Both the position numbers and the translations under genes were made by a program. The notes under the pieces are model-generated. The model saw nothing but the letters and a program-made list of their open reading frames with translations. It was not told the DNA's origin and made no database searches. 64,000 bases of DNA from Paragordius varius (taxonomy: Eukaryota; Animalia; Nematomorpha): assembly GCA_964247055.1 (NCBI GenBank), contig OZ176054.1, forward strand, positions 124,001-188,000, given 5' to 3'. This document shows positions 38,515 to 53,735 of this stretch, piece by piece (position 1 is the stretch's first letter; each line of letters begins with the position of its first letter).

Positions 38515-41500
38515 ATAATTTTTTTTGGGTAGCCCTATGGTAGTTCCATCATCACCCCAAATATTTTCGAGATCGGATAAATGTAATTTTTATGAATTTT
38601 TTAAATATTTAAAAAATTTATTTTATACGATTTTAAAAATAAAAATGGCTACCTAAAATCCAAATCTGATCAGGTGATGTCACCATAATTTTTTTGGGTA
38701 GCCCTATGGTAGTTCCATCATCACCCCAAATATTGTCGAGATCGGAGTATAAATGTAATTTTTTTGAATTTTTTAAATATTTAAAAAATTTATTTTATAC
38801 GATTTTAAAAATAAAAATGGCTACCTAAAATCCAAATTTGATCAGGTGATGGCCATAATTTTTTTTGCGTAGCCCTATGGTAGTTTCATCATCACCCCAA
38901 ATATTTTGGGGATCGGACTATAAATGTAATTTTTATGAATTTTTTAAATATTTAAAAAATTTATTTTATACGATTTTAAAAATAAAAATGGCTACCTAAA
39001 ATCCAAATTTGATCAGGTGATGTCACCATAATTTTTTTTGGGTAGCCCTATGGTAGTTCTATCATCACCCCAAATATTTTCGAGATCGGAGTATAAATGT
39101 AATTTTTATGAATTTTTTAAATATTTAAAAAATTTATTTTATACGATTTTAAAAATAAAAATGGCTACCTAAAATCCAAATTTGATCAGGTGATGACGCC
39201 ATAATTTTTTTTGGGTAGCCCTATGGTAGTTCCATCATCACCCCAAATATTTTCGAGATCGGAGTATAAATGTAATTTTTATGAATTTTTTAAATATTTA
39301 AAAAATTTATTTTATACGATTTTAAAAATAAAAATGGCTACCTAAAATCCAAATTTGATCAGGTGATGTCGCCATAATTTTTTTTTGGTAGCCCTATGGT
39401 AGTTCCATCATAACCCCAAATATTTTTGAGATCGGACTTTAAATGTAATTTTTATGAATTTTTTAAATATTTAAAAAATTTATTTTATACGATTTTAAAA
39501 ATAAAAATGGCTACCTAAAATCCAAATTTGATCAGGTGATGTCACCATAATTTTTTTGGGTAGCCCTATGGTAGTTCCATCATCACCCCAAATATTTTCG
39601 AGATCGGAGTATAAATTTAATTTTTATGAATTTTTTAAATATTTAAAAAATTTATTTTATACGATTTTAAAAATAAAAATGGCTACCTAAAATCCAAATT
39701 TGATCAGGTGATGTCGCCATAATTTTTTTTGGGTAGCTCTATGGTAGTTCCATCATCACCCCAAATATTTTCGAGATCGGAGTATAAATGTAATTTTTAT
39801 GAATTTTTTAAATATTTAAAAAATTTATTTTATACGATTTTAAAAATAAAAATGGCTACCTAAAATCCAAATTTGATCAGGTGATGTCACCATAATTTCT
39901 TTTGGTTAGCCCTATGGTAGTTCCATCATCACCCCAAATATTGTCGAGATCGGACTATAAATGTAATTTTTTTGAATTTTTTAAATATTTAAAAAATTTA
40001 TTTTATACGATTTTAAAAATAAAAATGGCTACCTAAAATCCAAATTTGATCAGGTGATGTCACCATAATTTTTTTTGGGTAGCCCTATGGTAGTTCCATC
40101 ATCACCCCAAATATTTTCGAGATCGGATAAATGTAATTTTTATGAATTTTTTAAATATTTAAAAAATTTATTTTATACGATTTTAAAAATAAAAATGGCT
40201 ACCTAAAATCCAAATCTGATCAGGTGATGTCACCATAATTTTTTTGGGTAGCCCTATGGTAGTTCCATCATCACCCCAAATATTGTCGAGATCGGAGTAT
40301 AAATGTAATTTTTTTGAATTTTTTAAATATTTAAAAAATTTATTTTATACGATTTTAAAAATAAAAATGGCTACCTAAAATCCAAATTTGATCAGGTGAT
40401 GTCGCCATAATTTTTTTTGCGTAGCCCTATGGTAGTTTCATCATCACCCCAAATATTTTGGGGATCGGACTATAAATGTAATTTTTATGAATTTTTTAAA
40501 TATTTAAAAAATTTATTTTATACGATTTTAAAAATAAAAATGGCTACCTAAAATCCAAATTTGATCAGGTGATGTCACCATAATTTTTTTTGGGTAGCCC
40601 TATGGTAGTTCTATCATCACCCCAAATATTTTCGAGATCGGAGTATAAATGTAATTTTTATGAATTTTTTAAATATTTAAAAAATTTATTTTATACGATT
40701 TTAAAAATAAAAATGGCTACCTAAAATCCAAATTTGATCAGGTGATGACGCCATAATTTTTTTTGGGTAGCCCTATGGTAGTTCCATCATCACCCCAAAT
40801 ATTTTCGAGATCGGAGTATAAATGTAATTTTTATGAATTTTTTAAATATTTAAAAAATTTATTTTATACGATTTTAAAAATAAAAATGGCTACCTAAAAT
40901 CCAAATTTGATCAGGTGATGTCGCCATAATTTTTTTTTGGTAGCCCTATGGTAGTTCCATCATAACCCCAAATATTTTTGAGATCGGACTTTAAATGTAA
41001 TTTTTATGAATTTTTTAAATATTTAAAAAATTTATTTTATACGATTTTAAAAATAAAAATGGCTACCTAAAATCCAAATTTGATCAGGTGATGTCACCAT
41101 AATTTTTTTGGGTAGCCCTATGGTAGTTCCATCATCACCCCAAATATTTTCGAGATCGGAGTATAAATTTAATTTTTATGAATTTTTTAAATATTTAAAA
41201 AATTTATTTTATACGATTTTAAAAATAAAAATGGCTACCTAAAATCCAAATTTGATCAGGTGATGTCGCCATAATTTTTTTTGGGTAGCTCTATGGTAGT
41301 TCCATCATCACCCCAAATATTTTCGAGATCGGAGTATAAATGTAATTTTTATGAATTTTTTAAATATTTAAAAAATTTATTTTATACGATTTTAAAAATA
41401 AAAATGGCTACCTAAAATCCAAATTTGATCAGGTGATGTGGCCATAATTTCTTTTGGTTAGCCCTATGGTAGTTCCATCATCACCCCAAATATTGTCGAG

Positions 41501-41679
41501 ATCGGACTATAAATGTAATTTTTTTGAATTTTTTAAATATTTAAAAAATTTATTTTATACGATTTTAAAAATAAAAATGGCTACCTAAAATCCAAATTTG
41601 ATCAGGTGATGTCACCATAATTTTTTTTGGGTAGCCCTATGGTAGTTCCATCATCACCCCAAATATTTTCGAGATCGGA
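38515..41679 (+). repeat. 9-monomer (1550-1552 bp) tandem duplication
   Basis: ggata 38575/40125 and ttcttttggtt 39899/41451. The same ordered series recurs (ttct, gacgcc, ataa/tttga/acttt, aaattt, agctct). Confidence 0.88.
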
Positions 41680-44600
41680 GTATAAATGTAATTTTTATGA
41701 ATTTTTTAAATATATAAAAAATTTATTTTATACGATTTTAAAAATAAAAATGGCTACCTAAAATCCAAATTTGATCAGGTGATGTCACCATAATTTTTTT
41801 TGGGTAGCCCTATGGTAGTTCCATCATCACCCCAAATATTTTCGAGATCGGAGTATAAATGTAATTTTTATGAATTTTTTAAATATTTAAAAAATTTATT
41901 TTATACGATTTTAAAAATAAAAATGGCTACCTAAAATCCAAATTTGATCAGGTGATGTCACCATATTTTTTTTTGGGTAGCCCTATGGTAGTTCCATCAT
42001 CACCCCAAATATTTTGGGGATCGGACTATAAATGTAATTTTTATGAATTTTTTAAATATTTAAAAAATTTATTTTATACGATTTTAAAAATAAAAATGGC
42101 TACCTAAAATCCAAATTTGATCAGGTGATGTCACCATAATTTTTTTGGGTAGCCCTATGGTAGTTCCATCATCACCCCAAATATTTTCGAGATCGGAGTA
42201 TAAATTTAATTTTTATGAATTTTTTAAATATTTAAAAAATTTATTTTATACGATTTTAAAAATAAAAATGGCTACCTAAAATCCAAATTTGATCAGGTGA
42301 TGACGCCATAATTTTTTTTGGGTAGCCCTATGGTAGTTCCATCATCACCCCAAATATTTTCGAGATCGGAGTATAAATGTAATTTTTATGAATTTTTTAA
42401 ATATTTAAAAAATTTATTTTATACGATTTTAAAAATAAAAATGGCTACCTAAAATCCAAATTTGATCAGGTGATGCGCCATAATTTTTTTTGGGTAGCCC
42501 TATAGTAGTTCCATCATCACCCCAAATATTGTCGAGATCGGAGTATAAATGTAATTTTTATGAATTTTTTAAATATTTAAAAAATTTATTTTATACGATT
42601 TTAAAAATAAAAATGGCTACCTAAAATCCAAATTTGATCAGGTGATGTCACCATAATTTCTTTTGGGTAGCCCTATGGTAGTTCCATCATCACCCCAAAT
42701 ATTGTCGAGATCGGAGTATAAATGTAATTTTTTTGAATTTTTTAAATATTTAAAAAATTTATTTTATACGATTTTAAAAATAAAAATGGCTACCTAAAAT
42801 CCAAATTTGATCAGGTGATGTCACCATAATTTTTTTTGGGTAGCCCTATGGTAGTTCCATCATCACCCCAAATATTTTCGAGATCGGAGTATAAATGTAA
42901 TTTTTATGAATTTTTTAAATATATAAAAAATTTATTTTATACGATTTTAAAAATAAAAATGGCTACCTAAAATCCAAATTTGATCAGGTGATGTCACCAT
43001 AATTTTTTTTGGGTAGCCCTATGGTAGTTCCATCATCACCCCAAATATTTTCGAGATCGGAGTATAAATGTAATTTTTATGAATTTTTTAAATATTTAAA
43101 AAATTTATTTTATACGATTTTAAAAATAAAAATGGCTACCTAAAATCCAAATTTGATCAGGTGATGTCACCATATTTTTTTTTGGGTAGCCCTATGGTAG
43201 TTCCATCACCACCCCAAATATTTTGGGGATCGGACTATAAATGTAATTTTTATGAATTTTTTAAATATTTAAAAAATTTATTTTATACGATTTTAAAAAT
43301 AAAAATGGCTACCTAAAATCCAAATTTGATCAGGTGATGTCACTATAATTTTTTTGGGTAGCCCTATGGTAGTTCCATCATCACCCCAAATATTGTCGAG
43401 ATCGGAGTATAAATGTAATTTTTTTGAATTTTTTAAATATTTAAAAAATTTATTTTATACGATTTTAAAAATAAAAATGGCTACCTAAAATCCAAATTTG
43501 ATCAGGTGATGTCGCCATAATTTTTTTTGCGTAGCCCTATGGTAGTTTCATCATCACCCGAAATATTTTGGGGATCGGACTATAAATGTAATTTTTATGA
43601 ATTTTTAAAATATTTAAAAAATTTATTTTATACGATTTTAAAAATAAAAATGGCTACCTAAAATCCAAATTTGATCAGGTGATGTCACCATAATTTTTTT
43701 CGGGTAGCCCTATGGTAGTTCCATCATCACCCCAAATATTTTCGAGATCGGAGTATAAATGTAATTTTTATGAAATTTTTAAATATTTAAAAAATTTATT
43801 TTATACGATTTTAAAAATAAAAATGGCTACCTAAAATCCAAATTTGATCATGTGATGTCACCATATTTATTTTTGGGTAGCCCTATGGTAGTTCCATCAT
43901 CACCTCAAATATTGTCGAGATCGGAGTATAAATGTAATTTTTTTGAATTTTTGAAATATTTAAAAAATTTATTTTATACGATTTTAAAAATAAAAATGTC
44001 TACCTAAAATCCAAATTTGATCAGGTGATGTCACCATAATTTTTTTGGGTAGCCCTATGGTAGTTCCATCATCACCCCAAATATTTTCGAGATCGGAGTA
44101 TAAATTTAATTTTTATGAATTTTTTAAATATTTAAAAAATTTATTTTATACGATTTTAAAAATAAAAATGGCTACCTAAAATCCAAATTTGATCAGGTGA
44201 TGTCACCATAATTTTTTTTGGGTAGCCCTATGGTAGTTCCATCATCACCCCAAATATTTTCGAGATCGGAGTATAAATGTAATTTTTATGAATTTTTTAA
44301 ATATTTAAAAAAATTTATTTTATACGATTTTAAAAATAAAAATGGCTACCTAAAATCAAAATTTGATCAGGTGATGTCACCATAATTTTTTTTGGGTAGC
44401 CCTATGGTAGTTCCATCATCACCCCAAATATTTTCGAGATCGGAGTATAAATGTAATTTTTATGAATTTTTTAAATATTTAAAAAATTTATTTTATACGA
44501 TTTTAAAAATAAAAATGGCTACCTAAAATCCAAATTTGATCAGGTGATGTCACCATAATTTTTTTTGGGTAGCCCTATGGTAGTTCCATCATCACCCCAA

Positions 44601-47600
44601 ATATTTTCGAGATCGGAGTATAAATGTAATTTTTATGAATTTTTTAAATATTTAAAAAATTTATTTTATACGATTTTAAAAATAAAAATGGCTACCTAAA
44701 ATCCAAATTTGATCAGGTGATGTCACCATAATTTTTTTTTAATAGCCCTATGGTAGTTCCATCATCACCCCAAATATTTTCGAGATCGGAGTATAAATGT
44801 AATTTTTATGAATTTTTTAAATATTTAAAAAATTTATTTTATACGATTTTAAAAATAAAAATGGCTACCTATAATCCAAATTTGATCAGGTGATGTCGCC
44901 ATAATTTTTTTTGGGTAGCCCTATAGTAGTTCCATCATCACCCCAAATATTTTCGAGATCGGAGTATAAATGTAATTTTTATGAATTTTTTAAATATTTA
45001 AAAAATTTATTTTATACGATTTTAAAAATAAAAATGGCTACCTAAAATCCAAATTTGATCAGGTGATGTCACCATATTTATTTTTGGGTAGCCCTATGGT
45101 AGTTCCATCATCACCTCAAATATTGTCGAGATCGGAGTATAAATGTAATTTTTTTGAATTTTTTAAATATTTAAAAAATTTATTTTATACGATTTTAAAA
45201 ATAAAAATGGCTACCTAAAATCCAAATTTGATCAGGTGATGTCGCCATAATTTTTTTTTGGTAGCCCTATGGTAGTTCCATCATAACCCCAAATATTTTT
45301 GAGATCGGACTTTAAATGTAATTTTTATGAATTTTTTAAATATTTAAAAAATTTATTTTATACGATTTTAAAAATAAAAATGGCTACCTAAAATCCAAAT
45401 TTGATCTGGTGATGTCACCATAATTTTTTTGGGTAGCCCTATGGTAGTTCCATCATCACCCCAAATATTTTCGAGATCGGAGTATAAATTTAATTTTTAT
45501 GAATTTTTTAAATATTTAAAAAATTTATTTTATACGATTTTAAAAATAAAAATGGCTACCTAAAATCCAAATTTGATCAGGTGATGTCACCATAATTTTT
45601 TTTGGGTAGCCTTATGGTAGTTCCATCATCACCCCAAATATTTTCGAGATCGGAGTATAAATGTAATTTTTATGAATTTTTTAAATATTTAAAAAATTTA
45701 TTTTATACGATTTTAAAAATAAAAATGGGTACCTAAAATCCAAATTTGATCAGGTGATGTCGCCATAATTTTTTTTGGGTAGCCCTATAGTAGTTCCATC
45801 ATCACCCCAAATATTTTCGAGATCGGAGTATAAATGTAATTTTTTAGAATTTTTTAAATATTTAAAAAATTTATTTTATACGATTTTAAAAATAAAAATG
45901 GCTACCTAAAATCCAAATTTGATCAGGTGATGTCACTATAATTTTTTTGGGTAGCCCTATGGTAGTTCCATCATCACCCCAAATATTGTCGAGATCGGAG
46001 TATAAATGTAATTTTTTTGAATTTTTTAAATATTTAAAAAATTTATTTTATACGATTTTAAAAATAAAAATGGCTACCTAAAATCCAAATTTGATCAGGT
46101 GATGTCGCCATAATTTTTTTTGCGTAGCCCTATGGTAGTTTCATCATCACCCCAAATATTTTGGGGATCGGACTATAAATGTAATTTTTATGAATTTTTT
46201 AAATATTTAAAAAATTTATTTTATACGATTTTAAAAATAAAAATGGCTACCTAAAATCCAAATTTGATCAGGTGATGTCACCATAATTTTTTTTGGGTAG
46301 CCCTATGGTAGTTCCATCATCACCCCAAATATTGTCGAGATCGGAGTATAAATGTAATTTTTATGAATTTTTTAAATATTTAAAAAATTTATTTTATACG
46401 ATTTTAAAAATAAAAATGGCTACCTAAAATCCAAATTTGATCAGGTGATGTGGCCATAATTTTTTTTGCGTAGGTCTATGGTAGTTCCATCATCACCTTA
46501 AATATTGTCGAGATCGGACTATAAATGTAATTTTTTTGAATTTTTGAAATATTTAAAAAATTTATTTTATACGATTTTAAAAATAAAAATGGCTACCTAA
46601 AATCCAAATTTGATCAGGTGATGTCACTATAATTTTTTTTGGGTAGCCCTATGGTAGTTCGATCATCACCCCAAATATTTTCGAGATCGGAGTATAAATG
46701 TAATTTTTATGAATTTTTTAAATATTTAAAAAATTTATTTTATACGATTTTAAAAATAAAAATGGCTACCTAAAATCCAAATTTGATCAGGTGATGTCAC
46801 TATAATTTTTTTTGGGTAGCCCTATGGTAGTTCCATCATCACCCCAAATATTTTCGAGATCGGAGTATAAATGTAATTTTTATGAATTTTTTAAATATTT
46901 ATAAAATTTATTTTATACGATTTTAAAAATAAAAATGGCTACCTAAAATCCAAATCTGATCAGGTGATGTCACCATAATTTTTTTTGTGTAGCCCTATGG
47001 TAGTTCCATCATCACCCCAAATATTTTGGGGATCGGACTATAAATGTAATTTTTATGAATTTTTAAAATATTTAAAAAATTTATTTTATACAATTTTAAA
47101 AATAAAAATGGCTACCTAAAATCCAAATTTGATCAGGTGATGTCACTATAATTTTTTTTGGGTAGCCCTATGGTAGTTCCATCATCACCCCAAATATTTT
47201 CGAGATCGGAGTATAAATGTAATTTTTATGAATTTTTTAAATATTTAAAAAATTTATTTTATACGATTTTAAAAATAAAAATGGCTACCTAAAATCCAAA
47301 TCTGATCAGGTGATGTCACCATAATTTTTTTGGGTAGCCCTATGGTAGTTCCATCATCACCCCAAATATTGTCGAGATCGGAGTATAAATGTAATTTTTT
47401 TGAATTTTTTAAATATTTAAAAAATTTATTTTATACGATTTTAAAAATAAAAATGGCTACCTAAAATCCAAATTTGATCAGGTGATGTCGCCATAATTTT
47501 TTTTGCGTAGCCCTATGGTAGTTTCATCATCACCCCAAATATTTTGGGGATCGGACTATAAATGTAATTTTTATGAATTTTTTAAATATTTAAAAAATTT

Positions 47601-50147
47601 ATTTTATACGATTTTAAAAATAAAAATGGCTACCTAAAATCCAAATTTGATCAGGTGATGTCACCATAATTTTTTTTGGGTAGCCCTATGGTAGTTCTAT
47701 CATCACCCCAAATATTTTCGAGATCGGAGTATAAATGTAATTTTTATGAATTTTTTAAATATTTAAAAAATTTATTTTATACGATTTTAAAAATAAAAAT
47801 GGCTACCTAAAATCCAAATTTGATCAGGTGATGACGCCATAATTTTTTTTGGGTAGCCCTATGGTAGTTCCATCATCACCCCAAATATTTTCGAGATCGG
47901 AGTATAAATGTAATTTTTATGAATTTTTTAAATATTTAAAAAATTTATTTTATACGATTTTAAAAATAAAAATGGCTACCTAAAATCCAAATTTGATCAG
48001 GTGATGTCGCCATAATTTTTTTTTGGTAGCCCTATGGTAGTTCCATCATAACCCCAAATATTTTTGAGATCGGACTTTAAATGTAATTTTTATGAATTTT
48101 TTAAATATTTAAAAAATTTATTTTATACGATTTTAAAAATAAAAATGGCTACCTAAAATCCAAATTTGATCAGGTGATGTCGCCATAATTTTTTTTGGGT
48201 AGCTCTATGGTAGTTCCATCATCACCCCAAATATTTTCGAGATCGGAGTATAAATGTAATTTTTATGAATTTTTTAAATATTTAAAAAATTTATTTTATA
48301 CGATTTTAAAAATAAAAATGGCTACCTAAAATCCAAATTTGATCAGGTGATGTCACCATAATTTCTTTTGGTTAGCCCTATGGTAGTTCCATCATCACCC
48401 CAAATATTGTCGAGATCGGACTATAAATGTAATTTTTTTGAATTTTTTAAATATTTAAAAAATTTATTTTATACGATTTTAAAAATAAAAATGGCTACCT
48501 AAAATCCAAATTTGATCAGGTGATGACGCCATAATTTTTTTTGGGTAGCCCTATGGTAGTTCCATCATCACCCCAAATATTTTCGAGATCGGAGTATAAA
48601 TGTAATTTTTATGAATTTTTTAAATATTTAAAAAATTTATTTTATACGATTTTAAAAATAAAAATGGCTACCTAAAATCCAAATTTGATCAGGTGATGTC
48701 ACCATAATTTTTTTTGGGTAGCCCTATGGTAGTTCCATCATCACCCCAAATATTTTCGAGATCGGAGTATAAATGTAATTTTTTTGAATTTTTTAAATAT
48801 TTAAAAAATTTATTTTATACGATTTTAAAAATAAAAATGGCTACCTAAAATCCAAATTTGATCAGGTGATGTCGCCATAATTTTTTTTGCGTAGCCCTAT
48901 GGTAGTTCCATCATCACCCCAAATATTGTCGAGATCGGAGTATAAATGTAATTTTTATGAATTTTTTAAATATTTAAAAAATTTATTTTATACGATTTTA
49001 AAAATAAAAATGGCTACCTAAAATCCAAATCTGATCAGGTGATGTCACCATAATTTTTTTTGGGTAGCCCTATGGTAGTTCCATCATCACCCCAAATATT
49101 GTCGAGATCGGAGTATAAATGTAATTTTTTTGAATTTTTTAAATATTTAAAAAATTTATTTTATACGATTTTAAAAATAAAAATGGCTACCTAAAATCCA
49201 AATTTGATCAGGTGATGTGGCCATAATTTTTTTTGCGTAGGTCTATGGTAGTTTCATCATCACCCCAAATATTTTGGGGATCGGACTATAAATGTAATTT
49301 TTATGAATTTTTTAAATATTTAAAAAATTTATTTTATACGATTTTAAAAATAAAAATGGCTACCTAAAATCCAAATTTGATCAGGTGATGTCACTATAAT
49401 TTTTTTTGGGTAGCCCTATGGTAGTTCGATCATCACCCCAAATATTTTCGAGATCGGAGTATAAATGTAATTTTTATGAATTTTTTAAATATTTAAAAAA
49501 TTTATTTTATACGATTTTAAAAATAAAAATGGCTACCTAAAATCCAAATTTGATCAGGTGATGTCACTATAATTTTTTTTGGGTAGCCCTATGGTAGTTC
49601 CATCATCACCCCAAATATTTTCGAGATCGGAGTATAAATGTAATTTTTATGAATTTTTTAAATATTTAAAAAATTTATTTTATACGATTTTAAAAATAAA
49701 AATGGCTACCTAAAATCCAAATCTGATCAGGTGATGTCACCATAATTTTTTTTGTGTAGCCCTATGGTAGTTCCATCATCACCCCAAATATTTTGGGGAT
49801 CGGACTATAAATGTAATTTTTATGAATTTTTTAAATATTTAAAAAATTTATTTTATACAATTTTAAAAATAAAAATGGCTACCTAAAATCCAAATTTGAT
49901 CAGGTGATGTCACTATAATTTTTTTTGGGTAGCCCTATGGTAGTTCCATCATCACCCCAAATATTTTCGAGATCGGAGTATAAATGTAATTTTTATGAAT
50001 TTTTTAAATATTTAAAAAATTTATTTTATACGATTTTAAAAATAAAAATGGCTACCTAAAATCCAAATTTGATCAGGTGATGTCACTATAATTTTTTTTG
50101 GGTAGCCCTATGGTAGTTCCATCATCACCCCAAATATTTTCGAGATC

Positions 50148-53050
50148 GGATAAATGTAATTTTTATGAATTTTTTAAATATTTAAAAAATTTATTTTATA
50201 CGATTTTAAAAATAAAAATGGCTACCTAAAATCCAAATCTGATCAGGTGATGTCACCATAATTTTTTTGGGTAGCCCTATGGTAGTTCCATCATCACCCC
50301 AAATATTGTCGAGATCGGAGTATAAATGTAATTTTTTTGAATTTTTTAAATATTTAAAAAATTTATTTTATACGATTTTAAAAATAAAAATGGCTACCTA
50401 AAATCCAAATTTGATCAGGTGATGTCGCCATAATTTTTTTTGCGTAGCCCTATGGTAGTTTCATCATCACCCCAAATATTTTGGGGATCGGACTATAAAT
50501 GTAATTTTTATGAATTTTTTAAATATTTAAAAAATTTATTTTATACGATTTTAAAAATAAAAATGGCTACCTAAAATCCAAATTTGATCAGGTGATGTCA
50601 CCATAATTTTTTTTGGGTAGCCCTATGGTAGTTCTATCATCACCCCAAATATTTTCGAGATCGGAGTATAAATGTAATTTTTATGAATTTTTTAAATATT
50701 TAAAAAATTTATTTTATACGATTTTAAAAATAAAAATGGCTACCTAAAATCCAAATTTGATCAGGTGATGACGCCATAATTTTTTTTGGGTAGCCCTATG
50801 GTAGTTCCATCATCACCCCAAATATTTTCGAGATCGGAGTATAAATGTAATTTTTATGAATTTTTTAAATATTTAAAAAATTTATTTTATACGATTTTAA
50901 AAATAAAAATGGCTACCTAAAATCCAAATTTGATCAGGTGATGTCGCCATAATTTTTTTTTGGTAGCCCTATGGTAGTTCCATCATAACCCCAAATATTT
51001 TTGAGATCGGACTTTAAATGTAATTTTTATGAATTTTTTAAATATTTAAAAAATTTATTTTATACGATTTTAAAAATAAAAATGGCTACCTAAAATCCAA
51101 ATTTGATCAGGTGATGTCACCATAATTTTTTTGGGTAGCCCTATGGTAGTTCCATCATCACCCCAAATATTTTCGAGATCGGAGTATAAATTTAATTTTT
51201 ATGAATTTTTTAAATATTTAAAAAATTTATTTTATACGATTTTAAAAATAAAAATGGCTACCTAAAATCCAAATTTGATCAGGTGATGTCGCCATAATTT
51301 TTTTTGGGTAGCTCTATGGTAGTTCCATCATCACCCCAAATATTTTCGAGATCGGAGTATAAATGTAATTTTTATGAATTTTTTAAATATTTAAAAAATT
51401 TATTTTATACGATTTTAAAAATAAAAATGGCTACCTAAAATCCAAATTTGATCAGGTGATGTCACCATAATTTCTTTTGGTTAGCCCTATGGTAGTTCCA
51501 TCATCACCCCAAATATTGTCGAGATCGGACTATAAATGTAATTTTTTTGAATTTTTTAAATATTTAAAAAATTTATTTTATACGATTTTAAAAATAAAAA
51601 TGGCTACCTAAAATCCAAATTTGATCAGGTGATGTCACCATAATTTTTTTTGGGTAGCCCTATGGTAGTTCCATCATCACCCCAAATATTTTCGAGATCG
51701 GATAAATGTAATTTTTATGAATTTTTTAAATATTTAAAAAATTTATTTTATACGATTTTAAAAATAAAAATGGCTACCTAAAATCCAAATTTGATCAGGT
51801 GATGTCGCCATAATTTTTTTTGCGTAGCCCTATGGTAGTTTCATCATCACCCCAAATATTTTGGGGATCGGACTATAAATGTAATTTTTATGAATTTTTT
51901 AAATATTTAAAAAATTTATTTTATACGATTTTAAAAATAAAAATGGCTACCTAAAATCCAAATTTGATCAGGTGATGTCACCATAATTTTTTTTGGGTAG
52001 CCCTATGGTAGTTCTATCATCACCCCAAATATTTTCGAGATCGGAGTATAAATGTAATTTTTATGAATTTTTTAAATATTTAAAAAATTTATTTTATACG
52101 ATTTTAAAAATAAAAATGGCTACCTAAAATCCAAATTTGATCAGGTGATGACGCCATAATTTTTTTTGGGTAGCCCTATGGTAGTTCCATCATCACCCCA
52201 AATATTTTCGAGATCGGAGTATAAATGTAATTTTTATGAATTTTTTAAATATTTAAAAAATTTATTTTATACGATTTTAAAAATAAAAATGGCTACCTAA
52301 AATCCAAATTTGATCAGGTGATGTCGCCATAATTTTTTTTTGGTAGCCCTATGGTAGTTCCATCATAACCCCAAATATTTTTGAGATCGGACTTTAAATG
52401 TAATTTTTATGAATTTTTTAAATATTTAAAAAATTTATTTTATACGATTTTAAAAATAAAAATGGCTACCTAAAATCCAAATTTGATCAGGTGATGTCAC
52501 CATAATTTTTTTGGGTAGCCCTATGGTAGTTCCATCATCACCCCAAATATTTTCGAGATCGGAGTATAAATTTAATTTTTATGAATTTTTTAAATATTTA
52601 AAAAATTTATTTTATACGATTTTAAAAATAAAAATGGCTACCTAAAATCCAAATTTGATCAGGTGATGTCGCCATAATTTTTTTTGGGTAGCTCTATGGT
52701 AGTTCCATCATCACCCCAAATATTTTCGAGATCGGAGTATAAATGTAATTTTTATGAATTTTTTAAATATTTAAAAAATTTATTTTATACGATTTTAAAA
52801 ATAAAAATGGCTACCTAAAATCCAAATTTGATCAGGTGATGTCACCATAATTTCTTTTGGTTAGCCCTATGGTAGTTCCATCATCACCCCAAATATTGTC
52901 GAGATCGGACTATAAATGTAATTTTTTTGAATTTTTTAAATATTTAAAAAATTTATTTTATACGATTTTAAAAATAAAAATGGCTACCTAAAATCCAAAT
53001 TTGATCAGGTGATGTCACCATAATTTTTTTTGGGTAGCCCTATGGTAGTT
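50148..53050 (+). repeat. 9/8-monomer tandem duplication (counterpart of 38.5-41.7 kb) with one monomer lost (offset 1552, then 1380)
   Basis: ggata 50148/51700 (1552); gttctatcat 50631/52011 and cttttgg 51474/52854 (1380). Confidence 0.85.
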
Positions 53051-53735
53051 CCATCATCACCCCAAATATTTTCGAGATCGGAGTATAAATGTAATTTTTA
53101 TGAATTTTTTAAATATATAAAAAATTTATTTTATACGATTTTAAAAATAAAAATGGCTACCTAAAATCCAAATTTGATCAGGTGATGTCACCATAATTTT
53201 TTTTGGGTAGCCCTATGGTAGTTCCATCATCACCCCAAATATTTTCGAGATCGGAGTATAAATGTAATTTTTATGAATTTTTTAAATATTTAAAAAATTT
53301 ATTTTATACGATTTTAAAAATAAAAATGGCTACCTAAAATCCAAATTTGATCAGGTGATGTCACCATATTTTTTTTTGGGTAGCCCTATGGTAGTTCCAT
53401 CATCACCCCAAATATTTTGGGGATCGGACTATAAATGTAATTTTTATGAATTTTTTAAATATTTAAAAAATTTATTTTATACGATTTTAAAAATAAAAAT
53501 GGCTACCTAAAATCCAAATTTGATCAGGTGATGTCACCATAATTTTTTTGGGTAGCCCTATGGTAGTTCCATCATCACCCCAAATATTTTCGAGATCGGA
53601 GTATAAATTTAATTTTTATGAATTTTTTAAATATTTAAAAAATTTATTTTATACGATTTTAAAAATAAAAATGGCTACCTAAAATCCAAATTTGATCAGG
53701 TGATGACGCCATAATTTTTTTTGGGTAGCCCTATG

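Larger units (their letters stand above)
22500..46500 (+). repeat. Dispersed duplication: 22.5-25.5 kb block repeated at 43.5-46.5 kb (offset 21016 bp)
   Basis: atcatg 22831/43847, aatag 23725/44741, gatctgg 24387/45403 and ctta 25481/46497 all recur at +21016. Confidence 0.87.
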
